Made by a program: the position numbers and the translations under genes
The notes under the pieces: model-generated
What the model saw: the letters and a program-made list of their open reading frames with translations, nothing else
Database searches by the model: none
What the model was told of the DNA's origin: nothing
Part shown: positions 56,348 to 64,000 of the stretch, piece after piece
Position numbering within the stretch: the stretch's first letter is position 1
Layout: each line of letters opens with the position of its first letter
IMG/VR virus record: IMGVR_UViG_3300033067_001757
Location: 1-64,000 of that record
From: a virus
Lineage: Duplodnaviria > Caudoviricetes
Direction: 5' to 3' (one strand)
Length of the DNA stretch: 64,000 nucleotides

Positions 56348-57088
56348 TTAATCTATACATTCACAAGGTGTCTGAAACAACTCTACGTCTTCAAACTGAG
56401 GATTATCTTTTTCATGAGTATTTATTAAATCGGTCCAGGCATATTGTCTACCAAGCCCTTTCAACTCAACCTTGTTTTTAGCATTGGATTCGATGAACTT
56501 CACTCTTTCTTTCTCATCGTCTGATAATGTAAGTATCTCGGGTTTCTTCATACTCGGACAAAAGAAGCAACTGCTCTTACCGGGTAAACATAGTTTAGAT
56601 AATAATATTTCTTCAACACATCTTGGCCTATCCCATCCCCATTCTATTAATGGGTAGAGATTGGTATGATTCTTTAAAGGGTTATCCTTCACGCGTCGAG
56701 ATTCACCAATATCATAGCCTATGTAATGCACAATTTCATCACCTTTATAACGTTCGTTTATGAATTTTGACTGTGGTCTTATCTTGAATTTATCGCTGCA
56801 ACTTTTAAATCCAAAAGCTATAGCCGGTAATGTATTGTTATTGATAATATCCTGTTCGAGAGTGAGTTCAATACCATCTTTTGTTTTGTACTTCACTATC
56901 TCGATCTCAGGCATCCCGTTTTGTTTAAGCCATTTACTGAAATATGATATGTAAGAATAAGTTGCTTGTCTCTCACCACCGGTATCAGCGAATAAAATAT
57001 GATCCGGAACCATCCCTTGCTTTTGTAAACCTATGATCATAGCGGTAGAATTAGTTCCACCACCATAGCTTATTATTTTTCTCACCAT
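56348..57088 (-). CDS. PAPS reductase-family (PP-loop) protein
   Basis: SYGGGTNS, FADTG, KSSCFFCP. Confidence 0.85.
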   Translation of the reverse strand: MVRKIISYGGGTNSTAMIIGLQKQGMVPDHILFADTGGERQATYSYISYFSKWLKQNGMPEIEIVKYKTKDGIELTLEQDIINNNTLPAIAFGFKSCSDKFKIRPQSKFINERYKGDEIVHYIGYDIGESRRVKDNPLKNHTNLYPLIEWGWDRPRCVEEILLSKLCLPGKSSCFFCPSMKKPEILTLSDDEKERVKFIESNAKNKVELKGLGRQYAWTDLINTHEKDNPQFEDVELFQTPCECID

Positions 57089-57204
57089 TGTTAGAGTTCT
57101 CTACTATTTTTTACGTATACGTAATCTTGCTGCGAGTATTAAAATGATCAGTGCAATAAAATATGTGGTGCCTGGATATTCGCTGATTAAATTGAAGAAT
57201 TGAA

Positions 57205-57549
57205 TCACACTTTGTGAAATAGATGTCCGTGTTTTTTTAAGAATGCATTGAATACTTTTTTACTTCCAATGCTAAACCAAAAATCATCACCCGGTATATC
57301 AATATTTTCCTTATTAGTAAAGTCTTTTTCGAGAGCAAGAACAAGTTCGATGAATTGTTCTTGTTTACAGTTATTGCCAACTTGAAATACCAGGTGATCA
57401 TCAACATATATTTCAGTCCATGCTAATCCTTCATCATAATTCCAGTCATGACCGTATTCTATATTATTGTCTTTACAGAAGTCATAAACCTTTGGAGTAG
57501 ATTTTACTGGTTCCGAGATAGATATGGAGCCTGTTACGTGGAATGTCAT
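57205..57549 (-). CDS. hypothetical protein
   Basis: 114 aa, ATGA overlap. Confidence 0.6.
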   Translation of the reverse strand: MTFHVTGSISISEPVKSTPKVYDFCKDNNIEYGHDWNYDEGLAWTEIYVDDHLVFQVGNNCKQEQFIELVLALEKDFTNKENIDIPGDDFWFSIGSKKVFNAFLKKHGHLFHKV

Positions 57550-58274
57550 AACTTATCAAGTGCGATTAAGAAGTATGTAACTTCCGGTGTGAATAAACCT
57601 ATAGTCTCTTTGAAATATATCTTCATGAGTCCATCTGAATGGATGAACATCCTGCCAGTGCAGTCTTTATTACGTTGAAATATTTCTTCAATGACGTCCG
57701 ATGAGAATGATATCTTTTTCATATCAAACATACCATCTTCTTCTACAAAGAACTTACTCTTGTTGGAATGTTTGTCACCCAGCTCAAATGTGGCTTTACG
57801 ATCTTTGATAGACACCGATACAACCTCAGAACCATTGGCCTTCTTTGCCTTCAGATACTTATTGACAAAATCGGTAGTAAGTTCTATTACCATGTCGTAT
57901 GACAGAGGTTCGTCGATTATCGGAGTTTGTACGTTGATGACAGTAGGATCACATAGAATGTAGTCCTGTTCAAATGATGCATCTTTTATTTGCATCTTAT
58001 GATCATGCTTCTTACTGAATTTCAACTGGAGTTCTTCTTCAGCGATGTTCAACAGATTGAGGAATGTTTTAGGATTACGAATTATCACATTGAGGTTGGC
58101 TAAATCCACACCTGGTAGTGATAGCTGACATACTGTAGAAGAACCGAATGCAATTACGTATGCACTGAAGCTTAGTTTACTGTCTTCGACGTGCCACTTG
58201 ATATAATAATCGTCAACACCTTTAAGTTCGAGAAAACAACGCTTTATGGACGAGAGGAGTACGGATTTTGTCAC
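57546..58274 (-). CDS. sliding clamp (T4 gp45-like)
   Basis: 242 aa, C-terminal GLMKIYF..VTYFL pattern; lies between polymerase and clamp loader. Confidence 0.7.
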   Translation of the reverse strand: MTKSVLLSSIKRCFLELKGVDDYYIKWHVEDSKLSFSAYVIAFGSSTVCQLSLPGVDLANLNVIIRNPKTFLNLLNIAEEELQLKFSKKHDHKMQIKDASFEQDYILCDPTVINVQTPIIDEPLSYDMVIELTTDFVNKYLKAKKANGSEVVSVSIKDRKATFELGDKHSNKSKFFVEEDGMFDMKKISFSSDVIEEIFQRNKDCTGRMFIHSDGLMKIYFKETIGLFTPEVTYFLIALDKL

Positions 58275-58517
58275 AGGTATTTAGTTATTAAAGAATATTT
58301 TTCAAAATATATTCAAGTTCTAATAATCTGGTTGGTATTGATTTATACCAAACATGAGCATCGTTTGAAAACGAACAAGATATCTTTCTCGGTTTTGAAT
58401 AATACGACCATTGACTTTGTAAGAACGTGATTCTTTCGTCTAACTTTTCATAGATATGTTGATATTCCGTCACTTCGAGATCATTACTCATTATTTTCAA
58501 TATTAAATAGTTCTATG

Positions 58518-58549
58518 CAAAGGTATGTATTTATTAGATACCTTCCAAA
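58518..58549 (-). promoter_or_regulatory. Bacteroidota sigma-A type promoter
   Basis: TTTG-N20-TACCTTTG. Confidence 0.75.
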
Positions 58550-58567
58550 TTTAATTCTCTATAAAGT

Positions 58568-61159
58568 CTACACAAACCTCATGAAACGCTTAACATTCTT
58601 GTTATATGAAATGGTACCCCAACCTAAATTGTCGTATATGCGCTGCAGTTTGTTCACAAGATTTTTATCAAACAGCATTTCTCTATTCATGTATTTTCGA
58701 ATGAATTTCATGATCTCTTCAGGTGGGTCAACTAAATTGAATCCAAGTACATCAATGTTATAAGGATTATTTGTATCCAGATACACCCACTTAAATTTTT
58801 CACCAGTTTGAATAGGGTAATGTTTATCGGCCAGTCCTTTAAAATTCAGCAGGTCATTATAATAGAAGGCCGCTTTAAAATGTGCCTGCGCTCCTTTCTT
58901 CGGTGTACTGAATATTGTACCTGCAGATGGTCCTCTTTGAATATAATCTTTTAAATTTTTATTCATACCGGTTGGCTTAGCCGCTTCTTCCAGTGGTAAT
59001 GTTTTGAACTTCTCACGGAAGTCCAATATGCATGTATCAATATACGATTTAGGTTTATCGAATAATATATCTTTCACCAATTGCTGAGTAAATTCTTTAT
59101 ATAACCTGGGGTAGGAGCTTTTTATGAAGTCAAGTCCAACAAAAGAAAATTCAGCTTTAACAATACCTTCTTTCTCCACCATGTATGCAGCATATTGTTT
59201 GGCACCTGATATGTATAATCTTTTATAAATAACCTCAGACTTAGTACGAAAATATTGCTCTCCTTTTCGGTTTAATTTGTTCCTGGAATAATCAAGGTAA
59301 TATTCATTAATTTCTTTAGGTAGTTCAATAGCAATGAGTCTTATTTTCTCCATTACTTTTTCATCATCTGACATATCAAGATCAGCATGTCTATGCAATA
59401 ATATATCTTCCAATTTGTAGAAGGCCGAGTCTGTATCAGCCATAACTGCATACTTATGGTTAGCACCAAGTTCCTTGTTGAATTTATCTTCTGCAAATTT
59501 GATAGAACCCTGGTTAACACTTCTACCAGTCATGGTTACTGAGATGGCCAAAAGTTTAGCTGGATCACCATAACGAAAACTTGTGAGCCCCAGGGATCCG
59601 TAAATCGCATTCAGACAAACTTTAATAGCAGCCTGCCATATATCATAGAATTTTTCCATCTTATGATCACCTGCTTTACCGGCAGATATCATCTTACCTT
59701 TATATGTCTTTCTAAGCGTAAACCATTCACTCACTACTGAGCATACCGCTGACATTTTATATGAATCAAACATAACTCCGTTTGGAGAGATAAGTATATC
59801 ATTTTCTTCTATTAGAGATATAAGTTTCCTTATAGTGACATACTTATATTTACCATCATTTGATTCTATCTGTATAGTCGATAATGGATCGCGATTTTTG
59901 ATATCATCAAGACCCCATGATATATCTTCATTGTCTTCTGTTACTATTCTTCCAAGGTAACTTTCTGTACCAATATTGAGGTTCTTAATTATACACGGAT
60001 ACAATGATTCCAGATCACAATCCAGTACCCAGCGCTCAAGTCCCGGGGTCGGAGCAAGTACCCATGCGCCCGGGAATTTTTCGTCATCTTCTGATTCCGA
60101 TTCAAACTTAAATTTCAGTTCCGGAAATGTGGTAGTAGGTTTGTTAACGCTTACAATATTTTGTTTTTTCAAAAAGCACATGATGGCCCCTTCACATATT
60201 CTCGATGTCTCATAAACATAATGATAAGGTACGTGTGCGATTGATGATACCATTATGGCCAGGTCAATAAATTTCTTCTTCTCATCTATCTCTACGATCA
60301 GTTGTACGTCATTGACGTTATAAGCAATGAATTTATCAATATCGGTTCTGAACAGATTGTCAAGCGTTCCTTCGTATTTGATTTTACCTTTACCGATTTC
60401 AACAGTAGCAATTGCATCAAGAGCATAACTCGGTTGTTGTTTGGGAATAAATTTGCGATAGAGTCTGAGATAATCAAGACTGTTCACACCGGCTATTTTA
60501 AAGGGGGCCTTGATGTCAAATTGATCTTCTTTGACTATACCTATCGGAGACAATTGATTGGCCTTATTCTGCCCTAAAACACGTCTCATGCGATTGTACA
60601 AATATGGAATATCAAAGCTATCTCCGTTCCATGTTACCAACACGGTGACGTCTAATTCGATCCATTTATCTAGGAATGACTGCAGTAATATTTTCTCAGT
60701 CTTACACGGAATAACATTTGTATTATTCTTGACTGATGATGATAGTATTCCGGCCTCATCTAACACATATACAAAATATTCCTTGCTATTATCATCATAT
60801 AAAGCAACAGCAGTAACCTTAACAGGAGCCTTAGCGCAGTAAGCATTGTTGATACCACCACCCATTTCTGTTTCTATGTCTAAGAATACCTTATTATGCC
60901 ACGCCGGGGGTTCGTCGAATTCCTTATAGATATCAAGAAGTACGCGAAGATTAATATCTACGTCTTTCTCATATAACTCAGGATCTTCTTTGTTGTACCT
61001 GGTAGTAGCGTTCGCTCTCTTTCCATCAAGAGTTGGAAACTCTCCGTTGGGATGAAGTTTATAATACGTTGGCTGATATGAAAAATGCTGCCACCCTTCA
61101 TTTGAGTCACGAAGATGGCAGACGCGGTTTTGGTAATCGTAGAAAATTGCTTGGTAAAT
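58568..61159 (-). CDS. family B DNA polymerase, 863 aa, ATT start
   Basis: Exo I FLDIETE lies upstream of the tracked Met; DLESLYP, KVCLNAIYG and ADTDS motifs; frame open to ATT at 61159. Confidence 0.93.
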   Translation of the reverse strand: MYQAIFYDYQNRVCHLRDSNEGWQHFSYQPTYYKLHPNGEFPTLDGKRANATTRYNKEDPELYEKDVDINLRVLLDIYKEFDEPPAWHNKVFLDIETEMGGGINNAYCAKAPVKVTAVALYDDNSKEYFVYVLDEAGILSSSVKNNTNVIPCKTEKILLQSFLDKWIELDVTVLVTWNGDSFDIPYLYNRMRRVLGQNKANQLSPIGIVKEDQFDIKAPFKIAGVNSLDYLRLYRKFIPKQQPSYALDAIATVEIGKGKIKYEGTLDNLFRTDIDKFIAYNVNDVQLIVEIDEKKKFIDLAIMVSSIAHVPYHYVYETSRICEGAIMCFLKKQNIVSVNKPTTTFPELKFKFESESEDDEKFPGAWVLAPTPGLERWVLDCDLESLYPCIIKNLNIGTESYLGRIVTEDNEDISWGLDDIKNRDPLSTIQIESNDGKYKYVTIRKLISLIEENDILISPNGVMFDSYKMSAVCSVVSEWFTLRKTYKGKMISAGKAGDHKMEKFYDIWQAAIKVCLNAIYGSLGLTSFRYGDPAKLLAISVTMTGRSVNQGSIKFAEDKFNKELGANHKYAVMADTDSAFYKLEDILLHRHADLDMSDDEKVMEKIRLIAIELPKEINEYYLDYSRNKLNRKGEQYFRTKSEVIYKRLYISGAKQYAAYMVEKEGIVKAEFSFVGLDFIKSSYPRLYKEFTQQLVKDILFDKPKSYIDTCILDFREKFKTLPLEEAAKPTGMNKNLKDYIQRGPSAGTIFSTPKKGAQAHFKAAFYYNDLLNFKGLADKHYPIQTGEKFKWVYLDTNNPYNIDVLGFNLVDPPEEIMKFIRKYMNREMLFDKNLVNKLQRIYDNLGWGTISYNKNVKRFMRFV

Positions 61160-61177
61160 GTTGTCCTCCTTTAATTA

Positions 61178-61609
61178 TTATTTCCCGGTACTCCCATAAC
61201 CACCGGTACCTCTTTCGGTTTCCGATAGTTCTTCAACAAGGTTCAGTGTAATATTCGGTATAGGAATGATCATCATCTGACCAATACGATCACCTTTATT
61301 ATATAAATTATATACATCTCCATTACCAATCTTTTTATAGCGAAATGTTATCTCACCTCTGTAATCTGAATCCACTACTCCAACAGAATTAGCCAAGATT
61401 AAAGTGGTCTTCGATACACTACTTCTTGGAAATAAAAGACCAACATATCCTTCAGGTATTTCTATAACAACACCGGTATTAAATTCCCAGTAATGATATT
61501 CATCATCCCACACAGGTTGCTCGGCAGCATACAGATCAAAACATGCAGCACCTTCAGTGGAGTATACCGGATCGGGTACCTCTCTTATCTTTTTATAATT
61601 TACAATCAT
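61178..61609 (-). CDS. dut: trimeric dUTPase
   Basis: AACFDL, PRSS, GVVDSDYRGE, RIGQ, RGTGGYGSTG. Confidence 0.96.
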   Translation of the reverse strand: MIVNYKKIREVPDPVYSTEGAACFDLYAAEQPVWDDEYHYWEFNTGVVIEIPEGYVGLLFPRSSVSKTTLILANSVGVVDSDYRGEITFRYKKIGNGDVYNLYNKGDRIGQMMIIPIPNITLNLVEELSETERGTGGYGSTGK

Positions 61610-61610
61610 A

Positions 61611-61853
61611 TTACTTTTGTTTAAACAAGTCTCTCAAAGACTTCTTGATATCGGGAAGCCATAGTAGCATCCGGTTGTTTGATTCAAACGGTATTTTATT
61701 CGCGGTAAGGAATGCTTTAAGTATTGGCATCAGATGTGTATCTTCTACCATACCACACACTCCGAAATTGTGTAGTGTGCGTACATGGCCAGCCATCCAG
61801 TTGTTCTCTTTCTTGGCTGCTACGATTAGTTCTTTACTGAGGTATTGGTTCAT
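61611..61853 (-). CDS. hypothetical protein
   Basis: 80 aa, ATGA overlap. Confidence 0.55.
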   Translation of the reverse strand: MNQYLSKELIVAAKKENNWMAGHVRTLHNFGVCGMVEDTHLMPILKAFLTANKIPFESNNRMLLWLPDIKKSLRDLFKQK

Positions 61854-62704
61854 ATCAATTCTTTTAAACTATATATTCTTTTGTAACCAACATCATATCG
61901 TTGATTGTGTGGAGCATCGAATAGGAAACAGCATATACCAGCTTTATTGATCTCAACGAAGTTGTCGAAACGATCATCAACAAATATTTCAACACCCGCT
62001 TCTTTTAGCACATCTATCTTAGAAGTCCCAACTGGTACAGTGATGACAGGTCTTGCAGGATATCCGTGTCTCTCCAACCATAATTCGGTTATAATGGTTG
62101 ATACTGGTCTGGATGTTACATAACAATGAGGTTCGAATGGTATGTCTTCAGGTTTAGTACGGGGCTTAAGATTGAGATAAAAAGAATCAAGCTTTCCATC
62201 CTTCTTCATCTTATCAAAACGCTTTACAATATCTCTGTCAAAGAACCATGATGATGGAGTTGGAATATCATAAAGTTTAACCCAATCGGTAACCCAATCA
62301 CATATTACTTCATCTATATCGAGCCCTATCTTTGGATGAGTTAAATATTGATGCCCCCGGTCATCACCTTGTGGATATATTTTGTAATAAGAAATTAATG
62401 ATAAACAGTTCCATGCAGCATGGGCCATGTGATATAACCCGGTATGATTGACACATGTACCAACTTTACATTGTGGACAGTCCGGATCATAATCAAAATC
62501 TTCACCGCTTTCAAATTGAGTAATATGACGTTTGAGTGACGCCAACATTTTACTCCACTTCATCCCTTTTTTCCAATTATTATCAGCATATTTCAGAGCA
62601 CCTTTTGTATAAACCTTGGCCACCTCATCGATAGCGAATGGTTCAAATAAATCATGACGTGCTTTACCTTGGTTTAATCTTAATCCTTTATCTGTATCAC
62701 TCAC
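61850..62704 (-). CDS. dATP/dGTP diphosphohydrolase (DUF5664-like) domain fused to a HAD 5'-nucleotidase-like domain
   Basis: GALKYADNNWKKG..RH..HMAHAAWN; IGLDIDEV, VTSR, FVDD. Confidence 0.82.
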   Translation of the reverse strand: MSDTDKGLRLNQGKARHDLFEPFAIDEVAKVYTKGALKYADNNWKKGMKWSKMLASLKRHITQFESGEDFDYDPDCPQCKVGTCVNHTGLYHMAHAAWNCLSLISYYKIYPQGDDRGHQYLTHPKIGLDIDEVICDWVTDWVKLYDIPTPSSWFFDRDIVKRFDKMKKDGKLDSFYLNLKPRTKPEDIPFEPHCYVTSRPVSTIITELWLERHGYPARPVITVPVGTSKIDVLKEAGVEIFVDDRFDNFVEINKAGICCFLFDAPHNQRYDVGYKRIYSLKELI

Positions 62705-64000
62705 TTCAATATATTTTTAGTTTCTTCATAATCATCAACCACTTTATTATCTTTCAGCAGTATAGTTGTCTTATCTTTTATCTTAGCCTTACCGACCATC
62801 TCGAATACGAGTTGGTATCCTTTACCGGTGAGGTATGCTTCAATCTCTTTGAGGTTATCTTCATCAAGCAGGTTTGCATCCTGGATGAATACATATTTGA
62901 GTTTTGGATTCTGAGAGGATATGAGTACTGGTATGGTCTTTAGTAACTCACCGGTGCTGAAGAACGGTTCTTTGATAAGCTTACCATCCATGAGTAGTTG
63001 ACCTTCATCATCTATGCTGAGATTATCGAATGGGAGCTTCAATGATTTGATGTAATCTATGCGATCCTGCTCCTTGGTTTTTTGTTTGTTGGTGTTAGTA
63101 TCGAGCTTCGCTTTCGTATCATCCTTCTGTTGCTTCTTCTCGATATATTTCTGGTATGCAACAGCCTTATCGTTTGTATCTGATGCGTTTTGTATCTGCA
63201 GGTTGATGTCATCGAGAGGCTTGATTGGTTCCGGTATGGGTAATTCAGCTAAAGCCGCTTCGGTAGACACGATGCTATCCCTAACAACAAGCAGTTTAGC
63301 TTTAAGACGAACGATTTCATCTACTATATCATCAGCTTCTGTTACTAAGGACGCAATCTGATCCTTAGCTGCAATAATAGCTTCCTGTTTCTTACCCTGT
63401 TCTGTATTAAACTCAATGATCTCATCCTTTTGCTTCGACAAGTCAGCAAAGTCTACCTTCTCAGCATAGTCCACCGGTGTCAGTTCGCCCAGATTACGGT
63501 AATCGCGGTTGATATTCGTATACTCTGTTTTAAGCTCTTTGATCTCATTATCTATGCCAGCAGTATCAATACCTATAGCCAGCGCCTGACCCTTCGGAGA
63601 GAGCTCCGTAAAGCGTTTTGGAGCTATTAAAAAAAGATTGAACAGATCGGTAAGCCACTGTTGATTCAGATTGGCTGTATCAGGTCCCTGGAACTTTAAT
63701 TCGGTACCAGTCTTGGTAAGCTTACGGAGCACCTTTACTTCCCACCCGGTCTTTTCATCGTATAGAGTCATCTCACCTTTACCGGTAACACCGTTAGGGC
63801 CTATGAAACGGAATCTTTCACTGATGATTGGTGATGTGCCTTTAGCTACTTTCTCGGATATACCTTCAAAGATGAATTGTACACCAGTGATACCGAGTGT
63901 GGATTTACCACCACCATTCTTACCGACCAGGTAGGTCACATTTTCATCGAAGGATACGGATACTGAAGCGTAATTAGCGAAATTGTTGAGGGATATGTCT
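62701..64000 (-). CDS. SMC/RecN-like P-loop ATPase with a long coiled coil (5' end outside the window)
   Basis: LVGKNGGGKST, STGE signature, VFIQD Walker B. Confidence 0.85.
   Translation of the reverse strand, partial: DISLNNFANYASVSVSFDENVTYLVGKNGGGKSTLGITGVQFIFEGISEKVAKGTSPIISERFRFIGPNGVTGKGEMTLYDEKTGWEVKVLRKLTKTGTELKFQGPDTANLNQQWLTDLFNLFLIAPKRFTELSPKGQALAIGIDTAGIDNEIKELKTEYTNINRDYRNLGELTPVDYAEKVDFADLSKQKDEIIEFNTEQGKKQEAIIAAKDQIASLVTEADDIVDEIVRLKAKLLVVRDSIVSTEAALAELPIPEPIKPLDDINLQIQNASDTNDKAVAYQKYIEKKQQKDDTKAKLDTNTNKQKTKEQDRIDYIKSLKLPFDNLSIDDEGQLLMDGKLIKEPFFSTGELLKTIPVLISSQNPKLKYVFIQDANLLDEDNLKEIEAYLTGKGYQLVFEMVGKAKIKDKTTILLKDNKVVDDYEETKNILK

Noticed and set aside
4959-63934. Numerous + strand ORFs antisense to long minus-strand genes
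   Set aside because: They are antisense shadows of well-supported genes and show no motifs.

Overview
This window is part of a large (jumbo-type) T4-like phage genome whose host is probably a Bacteroidota: at least eight TTTG-N19/20-TAnnTTTG promoters are present, and one passenger gene has a FISUMP domain. Nearly all genes from 3.4 kb onward are on the minus strand. They include thyA, metallophosphoesterases, a long glycosyltransferase/methyltransferase region (30-48 kb) and a replication module (family B polymerase, sliding clamp, clamp loader, dUTPase, GroEL/GroES, PD-(D/E)XK nuclease). I folded 24 tRNA genes by hand at 16.2-29.9 kb. They are interleaved with HNH homing endonuclease genes, unexplained structured RNAs and a 4.6 kb IS1595 transposon carrying passenger genes. 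A second IS1595 element lies at 10.5-12.6 kb. Main finding: the tRNA genes form three arrays. Each array is preceded by an unannotated leader-peptide ORF, an antiterminator strand and an intrinsic terminator. The codon run in each leader matches the amino acids of its own downstream tRNAs (L/S/Y; T/F/H/C/Q/W/P; D/I/V/G/R/M/E/A/N/K), so the three leaders partition all 20 amino acids. This looks like ribosome-stalling attenuation that turns on phage tRNA arrays when host tRNAs are depleted or cleaved. A fourth mini-ORF (RRRR) base-pairs with the 5' end of tRNA-Arg and suggests a second, maturation-level switch. All calls were made by eye, with no database searches or folding software.
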